Shown piece by piece: positions 35,600 through 48,491 of a DNA stretch of 64,000 nucleotides. Each line of letters begins with the position of its first letter. Position 1 is the first letter of the stretch. Location of the stretch: the NCBI GenBank assembly GCA_973851085.1, contig OZ316776.1:12648001-12712000 (forward strand). Direction: 5' to 3'. The DNA is from Ptychomitrium polyphyllum (lineage: Eukaryota). The notes under the pieces were generated by a model that ran no database searches, had not been told where the DNA came from, and was given only the letters and a program-made list of their open reading frames with translations. The translations under genes and the position numbers were made by a program.

Positions 35600-38500
35600 A
35601 CAAAGAAAAAATTACTTTTTAAGTTCATTAAACTTATTGATATGAATGCAATAGAAGAGGCTAAATCTTTGACTTATATAGAGAACTACTCAAGCACACA
35701 TATTGATAATCATTTTCCTTCTAAATCCATTTATTATAACAAACGTTGTAGAATAAGCTCTCTAAACATCAAATTCATTATATTGAAAAATTCCAAAGTT
35801 CAAAAATAATTTTAAAAGTAAAATAGATTCAAAAACCATTAAATTTGTCAAAGATAATTTTCATGTTTTTGAAGTTATATAACAAGTTTTCTTGCTAATA
35901 GGTGAAGTATAATGAACAAAAGCTACTAAATTTGCACTTAAACTGTTTATAATATATATAATTCAACTAGAATTGAGTTAAATTTTATAATTTTTATTAC
36001 AAATGATACCAAATGGATACACAGTAGAATAAATAGAACTAATAAAGAATCATTAATCATGTAATTCGATTTTATTTGAGCTGAATCTATATAAACTATT
36101 ATAGTTCCAAAATTATTGTTTTGTTCCATTATAATGAACACAATGTTTCTCAATTGAATAATTTTTGGCTGCACATACTTATTACAACCTCTACTTAAGA
36201 AATACTTGCATTTTGCATCTTATTTTTTGAATATGAAGGTGATAAAAAACATTGCTTAATTTCTACCAATTAAAGCGCTTATACAACCACTATCTGAATA
36301 TGTTTCATGTATACTAAGAAAACAATTACTTGCACCATATAAAGCATAATACAACCTTTATAAATGGGTGGATGTAAAAAGAAGCTCCATTGCCTTCGCA
36401 TTATTGCTCACCTTAGCAAGCTTAGATTATCCTTGTCCACTATTTAATTGCCATCTATCAAAAGTTGGCTATAGTATTTTTTGTCTTTTTTGTCCACAAT
36501 CATTTTAAGTAGAATTTTTTGAAGACTTGCAAATACTTCTTGAAGATCTTTTTTTTCAAGGTTGAATCTAATATTAGAAGTTAAGAATGCCAAATGCATC
36601 AAGCACGGTGAAGAAAAAAAACAATCTTTGAATTCCTAGATGAGCCTTACTGTTGCAGCTGAATTTTACCAAATTCTTGAATATTTGTCTACATGCAATA
36701 AATAATTCTTTGACAATAAACAATTTGGAGAACCATATTATAAATATTTGCAAAGTTAAAGGCAAATAATTGAAATACAAAAAACAAGTAAAAAAACAAA
36801 AAAATGGAAGAAAAACATAAAGAAAATAAATAAATAAAATGGAATAAATTATACTTTCAATTGCATTTAAACTTCACTTCATTCATAAGCTTGCAAAAAG
36901 TAATTCAATTCACAAGTGTCTATTATGTTTTATTTAATACAAGTTGCCATTTATTATAAAAATTAAATAAGGTTTTGCATTTTTTAAGTTAAACACCCAC
37001 TTCATGTATATTAGCTTGCAAGAATAGTCTAAAAAAGCAATCTATTCCTAAAAATAGTTGAAAATATAAGATGTGTCTTAATTAAATAAAATTTATGGTT
37101 AGCTATAAAGTTGCTAATGAAGATGTCTTACTCTTAAGCATAGACATAGAGGCATCAATTTATTATAAAAAAGAAAAAAACCGCATACGCCTTAGTGAAT
37201 ATGTAAGTTAAGTATAAAAATTAAGCAAATCTATCAAGATGTATAAAACCACAAGAAAAAAATGATAAAAGAAAAACCAATTAATGATAAAACAAAAACT
37301 TGATTATTTTTTTGAGCATTTGACTTCTCTTTTGCATTGATTTTCATCATGATAATAGCTATTTAATATTTTCTAAGTAGAATTTTTAAACATTTATAAT
37401 AGATATCCATCACATTATAACTACTTCCAAAAGCATCAACCTTTTTATTTTGATTATATTGATAAATTTTTCAAATTCAATAAAAGGCTTAGAATTATGA
37501 ATAAAAAAGACAAATGCTTTTGTAGCACCTTTCAACACTTAAAAGAATTTCAAGGAAAAATAAGGTTCAAAATCCAAGATATGTAATATCAACATGCCAT
37601 CTATAAGACAATATATGTTTAAATTACCAATATTTTTAATGATTAGTTGTAAATGTGTCACCTACTTGTTTTAAATTAATTTAGTATGACATCTTTAACA
37701 AATTTCAACAAATATAACTGTGTAGATTTAATGAAAATACGTTGTTCACATATTTTTTCATCACAAATATAAGCAAAACAAAAAAAATACACTTTAGATG
37801 AGATACACCTCATTTTTGCCAATATAGGTATTAGAACATTTGTCATAATGTCATCTTGTTTTTAGTTTTTGCATCAATTCTTGTTATCCAATAGCCCTTT
37901 AGTTGCTAATTTTTTGAACTATTTCTTGTTTACTTTTATGGTTCTTATGATTTTTTTAGTAAGGCTATTACAATTGGTTCTTATGCCATATAGAAGATGA
38001 ATTGAATTGATGGCCATAAGTTTTAGATATAAATATATTGCCCTTCTTCACTTTTTTTGATGGAATGTCTTTACATGCCTTCTTCTCCTTTCAAGCCTCA
38101 TTAAAATATATAATTTTTGTAATAATTTTTTCTTCTTTTATTAATTAGATTTGCATCATGTGCAAAGTGCTCATTCTTTCAAAATTCCTTTATTTTAAAA
38201 AACTTTGATTTTCTTTTTATTTGAAATTTTTAAATAGCTATAATTTTTTCTATTTTCTTTGTGTTTGATTGATGCACAAAATTATTACTTTCCTACATTG
38301 AGAATAAGATCTATTTGCTTGTTGAGGAACTAGCAAATGCACTTAATTACAAATTACATGCAAATGATGCAAATTTATTTGATGACAAGGTCACAATCTT
38401 AATTACCTCTTTTATAGTGGAGCCTAATACAATAGGGTAAATAAGCTCCTTTGAACCTTCCAATAACAATTAGGGATTTGAATCAGCACCTTAGTCTTTT

Positions 38501-38794
38501 ACTTACTTTGATGAATTAATAAGCTAGATTTTAGGAGGACATGAAGAATTGCAACATGATTTTCTATATTGCACATTTTTTTCCATCTCTTCATTCTTTC
38601 AAAGCTTATCCACAATCTCCTTCTTTTTTAGCATGGTTTTTTTCTTTTTCAATTTTCCTTTCCTAATTCCTATAATATATATACAACTTTCTTTTAAACT
38701 TGGTGCAAAAGCTTTAATCATATTTATTATGGCTATTGGAACTAAGTGTTCTTTTATTTTCAAAGGCCACATAGTAAATCCAAAATATAATAGC
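35600..38794 (-). mobile_element. Highly decayed Ty1/copia LTR retrotransposon (gag-pol remnant)
   Basis: Minus-strand remnants occur in copia order: zinc-knuckle-like CNIENHVAI (~38560), protease-like GADSN (~38485), DLILNVGK (~38305), integrase-like KSKQEIVQKI (~37925), RT-like YKR-IG (~36275) and MQNASIS*VEVV (~36200), then RT/RNase H IIVYIDS...HLVSF (~36000-36100). The region is very AT-rich, each motif is weak, and boundaries are approximate. Confidence 0.55.
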
Positions 38795-39057
38795 TGTTAG
38801 AGACACAAGAAATAAGAAGTGTATGGAATCTCCCCAAGAAATTTCCTACAGCGGTGGAACCTTCCAAAGAAGTTTTCCAAAGAAATAGAACCTTCTTAAG
38901 AAGTTTTTCAAGGAGGTGGAATGGCTATGGAAGCAGTGGAAGTATTCCAAGAAGTTACCACGACGTACCGGAAGGCTCTAAAAGATTCTAAAGGCTATGT
39001 TGCATGATCTATATTTGTGACAATAGCCTAGGAAGAAAACAATTAAGAAGAATAACA
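38795..39057. mobile_element. Candidate solo LTR (~263 bp)
   Basis: Begins TGTTA (38795) and ends TAACA (39057). It contains ~31-bp GAACCTTC..AAGAAGTTTT repeats and is more GC-rich than its flanks. No clean 5-bp target-site duplication is visible. Confidence 0.45.
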
Positions 39058-39627
39058 AATAATCAATCCATGACAAGAATTATAAGAAGTGAAGCATATA
39101 AAACCAAAATTGCAATTCATAAATTTATATAATTTTAAATAAGCATAAGGCATTGCAATTCAAGTGAGAAGGTTTGACTATCCATTTATGTTGTATCTTC
39201 TACTATTGATGCAAATAATAAAAACTAAATCCAAATCAACAAAACCAAGACTATAGTACATAATCTCTTGCACAAGGGCCAAACATTGTTTGTATTTGTG
39301 GCTTGATGGATGCTACATTAGGCAACTATGATAGATACAAGTATAATTGCTATCACATCTTTCACGTGATAGCATATAATGCAAGTTTGTATATGATTGT
39401 CATTAAACAAAAGGTAAAATAAAAGTAAGAATAAATTTATAAGTGCAGACGGACGGACGAATACACATTAGGGAACTATAAGATGTTTTCCAGATCATTC
39501 GGGACGGTGGCCGCCAAGAAAAAATGGCCTGTGCTTGGGGGCCTTCTTTAGCAGTTTTAAGCTTTGTCGTCATCCTCCAAGACAAGGTGAACAGTTCATA
39601 TAGGAAATAGTAGACGAACTGAAATTA

Positions 39628-42600
39628 TCAGCACCTTTGCATTGAACTGCAAGCAAAGGACTGGCTTAAAACGTCATTTTTCCTTTTCCTTTTCCTTTTC
39701 GAAGCAAACAGTGGGATTCTTCTGCAAGAGTAGTATTAAACTTAGACGACCTTTCCTAAGTTACAACGTGATCTATCCTTGGGTTTACTCACATTGGACG
39801 AGATGAAGAGCTCTGACTACTTCCTTTGCTTTGTTTATATGCCCCTGGAGTGGATTTTTCGAGCAGATCAGTAGATTCCAGGAAATCCTTCCTTCAAGGA
39901 TGAGGTAAATAACAAGAGTGAATTAGGTGAATAGCAAGCCTGTGAATAACAGCATACTAGGTGATCAAGAGAATACCTCCATCAAACTTCGTTTTTAGAA
40001 AACCAAAATTTAAGAGAAAACCTGAGATGTTGTGGGCTAAGCGCTTGAGTATCGAAACGTAAAAGCTTCGACTTCAATGACACCCAGCTCCGAGAAGTTG
40101 AGAGTACCACAACTTGGAATTCAAATTCAGGAGCACTTGAATAAAAGTTTCAAGCAATACATGCTGTTCGTCAGTTGCACTAAAGACCTTGACCACAAGG
40201 CAACAGTAGAGAGTGCTGGAAGCTATTTTGTTCATGTTACACAATGCTACCCAAAACAACTGCATGTTGCAACTCAAATGTCACTACCGAAGGTAACCTC
40301 ACTACATAGCCGCTTTTCAGGACGTTCTATTCCAGCCAACCCTCCTTTGTGCTGTGACAGCATCTCTGATGCATACAAGGAGGCGGCACTATGCGTCACT
40401 TCTAGAGCCCACCGCTCCATCTTAGAGTCGTCCTCTTTCCCTCTTCCTGATTCTCCATCGATGTATTCGTCATCCTCACTTTTCTCTTCGTCGCTATCTG
40501 TTGTTAAAGGAGGAGAGGAACGTTTTCTACTTGTCCTGCTCCACACAAAATCTGAAGTCAATAACTTGCACCTCTTTCTGCGTGGGAAGATATTCTTAGT
40601 ACTGCGACATTCACTCCACTCGGAACAGGACATTATAACACAACATAAACGTCCTAGACACATACACTTAACACTTGCCAAGGATATGAACTTAACTGGG
40701 TGCACCAACTACTAGACAACGAATCTATCAAACACAGGAACGTGTGGTAAGAAGCTCACATTCTTTGCTCTTTTGCTGACCCAGCTACCAGTATTTGTTC
40801 TTCATGAATAACGTTCCCCACTGACGGTTTCAAGTAATATGCGTTATCTTCGTCTGGTTGCCATCTCTGTTACAAGAGCGTGAAATTTATGATTCAACGA
40901 GTTGTAAACAAATGCAGGAATATAAAATAAATATACCAGTAAGAAATACTCAATTATCAGAAGTTGTCCGCAAAATATCATGCATACCTCCAACGGATTG
41001 TACATCTCGTGGTCAGCCTTTTCTTCAGGAACTCGTATGTTTCGTTCACTATCCTTAATAATACCAACTCTTTTTTCAGCAAAGTCTGGTGAAAGATTTT
41101 CTCCCTCGTAATCAGGTGAGAACCTTCTCTTCTCCTTGCTTTGTAGTGGCTGTCGTTCGTCCTCATCCTCAGATGTGTATCTCCGTTTGCCCCGAACTCC
41201 TGGGGAATCTCTTGCAGCTTCATCATCCGAACTGTCTCTCCTCTTCTTCCTCACATGTAACAAATGGCGCTCCTCCTCATCTTCGGACTCAAACTCAGAC
41301 TCAGAGGTGCCCCCCCTTTTTTGTTTCACGTACGGCAGATGTCGTACTCCCTCATCCTCAGATTTGTCTCTCCTCTTCGCCCTACCTTTCACTGGAACCG
41401 TGTCTCGCCTGCCGTCATATGTGTGTCTTCTTTTGTCTCTTACATATGGGGATGGCACTTCTTCGTCTTCATCATCCCCCGATATGTATCTTCTCTTTTC
41501 TCTAGTTCGTGATAGATGTAAGGCCTCTTCATCTTCAGATGAGTGACTGGCCTTGCCCCTAACTGGCGGCAAATTTCTCTCTCCCTCTACCTCAGACATG
41601 TACCTTCCATTTACCCTTTGCGGTGGTGAGAATTTGTCATCCTCCTCAAGTACGCGCCCTTTTTCATCATCTGAGGACTCCTGCCTTTCATCCTGCACTT
41701 ACGATGGAAAGCTCGTTATCGTTACTCAGTGCGCCAGAATCATAATGGACTGACTTAATCCGAAACATCTCACCCATGGCATCAAAAGAAGGGAGAACTA
41801 AAAGTTGAATCTGTCAGAAAACTCCAAAAGCAAGAACAGCTATTCAACTCTTAACGTTCCAAGAAACATAATATAGAAATGAGACCCCATGATTCATGTG
41901 GACCTAACAGGATCAAAAACAGGCTTCCACAATACGTTGCAAGCAAGTCTGCTATCATTCTGAAATTTCTTTGCACCAGTAGAGATTCAGAAGCTCCAAC
42001 ATACCTGTATCAAACCCTCCTCTTCTTCGGATGTATCAGAATCTGACATTTGTTTTCTCGATTCCTCTTCAAGTTTTTGGGCTTGCTCAGCCAGCTGCTG
42101 CTGCCTTTCCTCCTCCCTAGATTAATGGGCAGCAGACAAAATGTATGATATCAAGCAGCAGGGCCTCAACCTGAAGACCACATCCAATCCACAGCAAAAA
42201 ATTCTACAGATGTTCTTTTTCTGTATGACGTCCAAATTGTAAGAGCGTTCCTCTCTAAATTCTGAGCAGGCAATGGCCGTGCTAGATGACTATAAGGTTA
42301 ATTCATCCGTACATGTTTGCATAAACATAAGAAAGATCACTTACCGTATCAAGTGACTCTTGAATCACACAACAGGTGATTTCTCTTTTAATATATAGTA
42401 CTACTTTAAGACTATTAGCGTACTTTCGATTCCACAAAACGTTTATATGAATGCAGATAACCTACTTAAGCAGTTGTACAGGGGTCTTTCCACATTTAGA
42501 AAAATCCAATGGAACTGCATCTAGTATCAAGCGCAAAATGTATCTGGTACTGAGGATGCCGTACCAGATTGCGTTCTTAAGGACCTCTATGCTTTCTATT

Positions 42601-45251
42601 CGATGTTATGCTAGATTTTGACTAAATCCTTGCAGGGTCAAGAAAGTGTGCTACTCAAGCCAGAAATTATTGGATAACAATAGCACGAAAGAGACAATTT
42701 TTATCAACAGTAATGTTCAGAGTCCTCAACTCTGTAAAATTGCATCTCAAATTTCACGCAGCTAGTATGATACTTAGGTCTCACAATGGAAGGAAGCCGT
42801 ATCAGCAAATATATAAATTAGTGTTTGCTAAGAATAATAGCCACAATAGGTACAGTATCGTCAATAACTGTACGAAAATAAATTAGACTCCTGCCATGAT
42901 AACCCTGAGATTCAAACTCGTTTAGCATCACATTCATATTTAAAAAATCAAGGAGGTACCTTAGAGCAGCAGCCATCTCGTCCATCTTCAACTTTTCCGC
43001 CTCAACACGTACAAACTCAGCTTGGCGAGCCTCAATTTCCGCTTTCCGAATTCTCTCAGTCTCTGCTTGCACCTGACGCTCCAGCCTTTCTTTCTCAAAT
43101 TTTCTCCGCCGTACATTCAACACGCTAAAATAGTTTTCGTTATCCCAATCAGCCACATACATCGCCCTGAAGTTCGATCCTGCCTGCATTAGAAATGAAA
43201 TTGAGACAGTCATAGCCGCATGGTAAAGGGTTAAAGACCAGGACAAAGCTTCAGGCTCTAATGCCTGCATAACCTCTAAGTTCTGCATCTCTAGGGTCTT
43301 CCTATATAAATTCAGTTCGAATAAGGTGATGGGTAGGTAAGAAAGTTTCTCATGCTTGAACCATGTCCCCAGTTCACCAAGAAATATATTATAGAAATGC
43401 AAAATTGTACTTACGACTATATTGATCAGTCTCATATAAACAACCAACCAGAAAAGAAACTTCTCAAAACACACTAAACCGTAAATAACGTGCCTTGTAC
43501 ATTGCGCGGCCGCAAAAGGCATGTAAAGCTTTGCAAAAATTGGTATAGTTGTCGAACTGCACCCAAATTTGGCACTGTAAAGCCGCAGCCATGCTTCCTA
43601 TATTCTTCGGGTTACTGCCTAGATCTTCGTTGCTCAGCACCTCCAAGTTCCTAATCGACAAAACAAATGCATCACAATGATACTCTGATAACAGTGCATA
43701 GATATGGAACTGGAATCCACAACTACATTTCAATGTGAATTGGGAACTTTAAGAAGCCATCTTAACTTAAACAGTAAGAATACCTGATTTCACCGAAACT
43801 GGAGAAAATTGTATGAGTGACCAAAACGGAAGGTTTGGATGACACCCGTGGCTCAGCAAACCATAGGGACGGCACACCTTTGAGTGTAAGGGTGGTCGGT
43901 CCTGCTTGTGCCTGCGCGGCTCCTGCAAAGATTAATCAACAAATCAAATAAGCAGTCTGCAGTTAAGGCCAAAAGTACATGGAGCCACAAAAAGCATTGA
44001 AGGCTACACTGGACTGGTTAGACAGAAAACCTAAAAATTCAGGCAGCAAAATAGTGCTTCTGCACTTCTAAAGATGGCAACAGAAACAGCAACAGTGTCC
44101 GCGTAAAAATTACATACTCAACACTTTTGTGCACATTTGCAGTTTGAGAAAATTCAAGGAGTTGCAAAAAAGCACGCTGGTTAGAGAGTGTCTTCGGACC
44201 GAATTGGAATGTGAGGCTCAAGCCATCTGAAAGTAATGTGAACAAGTAGACCACCTAAGTAGAAGTTACCATGATGCTATGCATTTGAAGCAATCGTCAT
44301 TATGGTATTTGGTATCTGAAACCGATACCCAACTCTTCGTCCAAAATTCATTGCAGTGACTGCTCAGAAAGGAATACTAAATGCCGCATAAAGCTAAGTG
44401 CTCATCACTCGACCCAGCATTTGCTTGTTAGTCTTGCAATCTAAGCTGCCCAGTATCCCCTGAACCAAGTTCCGACTATCCAAGGTGGCCTGTTCATCTC
44501 TACCTTTGTGAACCGGAACCAGCAGCATCTAAACTCACAGAAAACTTGAATCAGCTCTGACTGCCCGCCAATATGACATCGGTCTGCTCAGCATATTCCA
44601 ACATCATATCCGGCTGTAAACTGCACATTGGAATTCAATATAGAACGAAAAATATCTCGACGACTGTTATTTATATGCAAACTTAAAGCCCCATCGAAGA
44701 TGCCACCAGAACTCAAGTCGAATGAAACTCCATGTTTGTGCTGTAAATGCAACACATCATAAAACCCTAAATAATCACCCACCTCCACGACGAGGGCCGA
44801 AAACAACCTCCCATGATCGCTTGAGAGAGTCAAAATCGTTCGTCTCCTTGACAACAGCAAGACATTTGAGCTTCAAACCCCCAACGCTAATCTCCACGCC
44901 ATTCACATTCTCCACGAAGTGCTTCGCAAAGTCAAGCCCCTCATGACGAACTGTCGCAGCCTCTCCCTCAGGCATGGAACCCCACAAATGCAATGTTCCA
45001 TCCGCAATGGGCTCGTCCCTCCGCTTCTTGTAATAATTCTTCTCTCTGTGCACAACCAGGTCTCGGTCCACCACGGTCAACCCAAACCTCCTCTTGAACA
45101 TCGCCATCAACCCACCCTTGAGCTCCCATTCGTCCACCTGCTTCACAGACACGTCCGCGCGGACGAAGGAGAGCGACACAACGGTGCAGGGCACCAAGGA
45201 TAAGCCCTCGCTGAGCTTTATCACGCCGTCCAGAGGCGAAGACGCCCCCAT
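39628..45251 (-). CDS. AKAP17A/XE7-like (plant ZCW7 family) protein with long charged C-terminal extension; exons 45251-44783, 43922-43784, 43650-43494, 43183-42960, 42116-42005, 41692-40988, 40866-40760, 40535-40413, then ~39891-39792 and possibly 39721-39628
   Basis: Motifs GLSLVP, VDEWELK, KRRDEPIADGTL, LKGVPSLWFAEPRVSSKPSVLVTHTIFSSFGEIRNL, CQIWVQF..Y..F, CGRAMYK|AGSNFRAMYVADWD. The 3' end is uncertain: stop at 39789 if the last intron is unspliced, or 39628. Confidence 0.85.
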
Positions 45252-46132
45252 CGCCGCCTCAGAAACTTCCAGTCCACAAACTTGTTACGAAAACTCGCAC
45301 TCCAGAGCTTAGGCGCTCACTTCGTCAAAACTGAAACCCTCAAACTCTCATCATCTTCCCAACAAACGCACACAAAGGCGAACCCTCCACAAAAATAAAC
45401 CATGTGCTACAGAGATTCTAAATCCTCAACAGCCATAACTAGGCATCCAGAAGAAACTTCACCACAATGTCCACAATCCTCCAGCGCTCCGAAAGAAAGT
45501 ATTTGATCGCACCCAAATATTGCAACGGTGCCAAAGCCGGTCACCAAAATGCGAGGTTTGAGATTCTGAAAAAATTTAGGGGTTTGCAAGCGGAGAGACG
45601 AAGTTCCCAATGCTCTCCCACACGTTCCATTGAGGTTCCCGACTTCGGGCTTCTCAGACCGTGCATGTAGATGAGATGATCTCACCTCATTTCTGATCAT
45701 TTCGCCACGAACCAGACCTGTGGGGGTTCTCGTGATGTGGGTTAACGGCGGTTGCATGTGAAGGATTGTTGTGATGCTTTGAAGCGGAGACGAAGAGGTG
45801 GTGCCATGGGTGCATGCGTCACGGTGCACCTTTTGGACACCGCTGTCAGGCGGTTGCACGCCTATGTTCTGCTTAACCCTCTGCTTTGTCCTCTTGATGG
45901 TCCCCTTCGAGTGAGTGGCGTTCATGAGCGTCGTCGACCATGGGAGGATAACTTCGCGGCAATGCCACTTCGGTGATGTTGGGATGTGACTTTGGATTTC
46001 GTTATCATTTTTGAAGACTTGCTTTTGGTACTAGAAGAAGTGAGTACAAGAATTACATTGCGGATCAGCGATTAGCGCACCAGAAGCCACAACTGATTGC
46101 TCAGTGAGCGGTGGTACAGGAAGGTTGTCAAT

Positions 46133-47960
46133 ATGAATAATGGGTTGTTAACGGAGCGTGCGCTCCTGGGCTTGTTTGACACCACGTCCTACATCAACTT
46201 CGGCACTGCTGATGATCCCTTGCCCTACCCGACTATCGATGGTATGTACCTCAAACTCCATCACTGTTTGATTTCTTTGCACAGGGCTCCGATTTCCGCA
46301 CTTGAATGTTCAGTGGCGAGTCAACAGTGTGTGATTTTTTAACGGTGCAATGTGTTCAATCCGGGTGCAGTCGAGCGGAGCAACTACAAGGGCAAGCAGC
46401 TCACGCTGCCGACCGCCAAGAAGGGTATGCAACCCGATGGCACGAACCACATCTTCTTCCAGCAGGAGCATCCGTGGGTGATGGATGTGAGCCTGCTCGA
46501 CCAGCCCTCCCACATCATATCCTAATTTCAGCAGAACTTTTCTTCCGATCGTTTGTGTGATGAATCGTTTTGCTTATTGAAGAGATTGTTGTGTTATTTT
46601 CAGGGATGCCCGTACATCGACAAGAACATGTACATTGAGACGCAGCCGGAGAGGTACAAGGGCTTTTTGAGCTCCGACTTCTCCAAGACCGACGAGTTCA
46701 GCATGCACATCCGCACGGAGCAGTACCGCGACCAGCTCAAGGTCTGGAAAATCTATCTCTAGAGACAGAATTGTAGTGAAACATTGATTGCTCATTCAAT
46801 GATTGTAGAATGCTGATATTGTTATGGTGGATCTCACGAAGGCAGGTCTGGCTATGGCGATGTGCAGAAAGACATGTTCTTCGCTAAGAAAGGACTGGAT
46901 ATCATGGCTGCCAAGATGAAGGACATGGCCGCCAAATACCCCGAAATCGGCAAACGCATTCCCACAAAGGTAATCTTTCTGCGTCTGCTTTGATCTGCTT
47001 TCAGATAGGTGGACTTCCATTCCTGTTAGTTCCAGCATCTCTGTAGGTGTTGAACGAACCCTAAATGAGGAAAATTGTCTAAAATCCCCAATTTCAATGA
47101 GAAGCTTGAATCCAGGTTGAACATAATTTGGAATATGTCATAAGTTTTTTTCAAATTGTTGAGCTTGGGAAGTTGTAGGGCTCTTAAAACAGTGTCTAGA
47201 GATGGTATATAATCTGCAACTCAATATGTTCATATTATAGATTGAGTAGATGTTGGTTTGGGTCTCTGATGGAAATGTAAGCCCTATCTCAATGGTCTCA
47301 GTGACAGATGTGTTGTAATTCCATCGTAAGAATCACATTAGTTGACAAGTGTATTTTGGCTTAATTGCGGTAGTATCATTGTAGGATGCAAATAACATTG
47401 AAATTGCTGCCTCAGTCTCTGTTGCTTTTTTTCTTTTAGCCAAGATTGGTGTAACATGCACGAGTTACTTGTAATCTAAGATCTCCTGCATTTGAAGAAA
47501 TATCTGAATACCTGAATATCTGAAGAAATCTAAAGTTGGTGCTAAGATAATGAATCTGCATTGATCTTTTGTAATTGTATCTGTGAGTGTTGGTTTTTTT
47601 GTGTAGAAGATTTAATTATGACAGTGTGGTGTGCGATGTGCATGATGATAGTTTGATGGACCGGAATTTGTGTATGACGTGGGGAAAGCTGGGTTGTGCA
47701 CAACGGCACATTGTCACAAGTGCCACAAGCAAACATACTACTGCCCACACCGGATAGCATACTGCAACAACAACCCGTACATGAAGAAGGAGAGTGGTGA
47801 CTACATCACCACCAGTGAGACTGTTGGCAGCACTGCATGGGATGCCAATTACTCAAAGCCTGCACATGCCCGGAAACCCCTCATCCGCGACACCTTCTAC
47901 CGCCGGTCCAACATCTTCTTTCCAAAGAAGCAGCCTACTGGATTTACTGAAACCATGTAG
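46133..47960 (+). CDS. Cilia/flagella-associated protein, CFAP96/C4orf47 (UPF0602)-like, 5 exons: 46133-46241, 46371-46486, 46604-46741, 46868-46969, 47652-47960
   Basis: In-phase exons give LGLFDTTSYINFG...YKGKQL...PYIDK...KGFLSSDFSKTDEFSMHIRTEQYRDQLK...DGPEFVYDVG...CHKCHKQTYYCPHR...HARKPLIRDTFYRRSNI. This resembles flagellar-associated proteins of ciliated eukaryotes. The gene structure is solid; the exact family is less certain. Confidence 0.7.
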
Positions 47961-48334
47961 CATGTTGGAGCATAGAATTGAGTTGTATATATTATACACT
48001 ATTGCTTCCAAGTACCAGCTCACTTTGTTTGCAGGTTTGAGTTCCAATTGTGATATGATGCCACAACATTCCAATAGTTTTTGATAAACCAGTAAGAATA
48101 TAATGCATCCCCAGGGAAGCACGAGTTGGGAAGTTCTGTTCACATTGAATCTGTAGACTTTGTCAGAAGGGGGCTTTGATGGCTACCTTCCATATGAATC
48201 TGGAAATGCAGTATTACCTTACTGTCCTTCAGGTCATCATCATTCATAATGGGAGCTTGCTCTTGAGGACACTGCTACTGAATTTGGTAATTGGTAGTCT
48301 GTGACTCCTCTACTTTGACCAAGGTAAACTGTAC

Positions 48335-48491
48335 CATTTACGTTGAATTGTAATTATACGTTAGAATTATCTGAAAAGTCCTCCCTTTTTGCCTAACTAA
48401 TAGTGGCTTGTCATTTACGTTGAATTGTAATTATACGTTAGAATTATCTGAAAAGTCCTCCCTTTTTGCCTAACTAATAGTGGCTTGTCAT
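48335..48491. repeat. Perfect 77-bp tandem duplication
   Basis: CATTTACGTTGAATTG...TAGTGGCTTGT at 48335-48411 and 48412-48488, followed by CAT. Confidence 0.95.
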
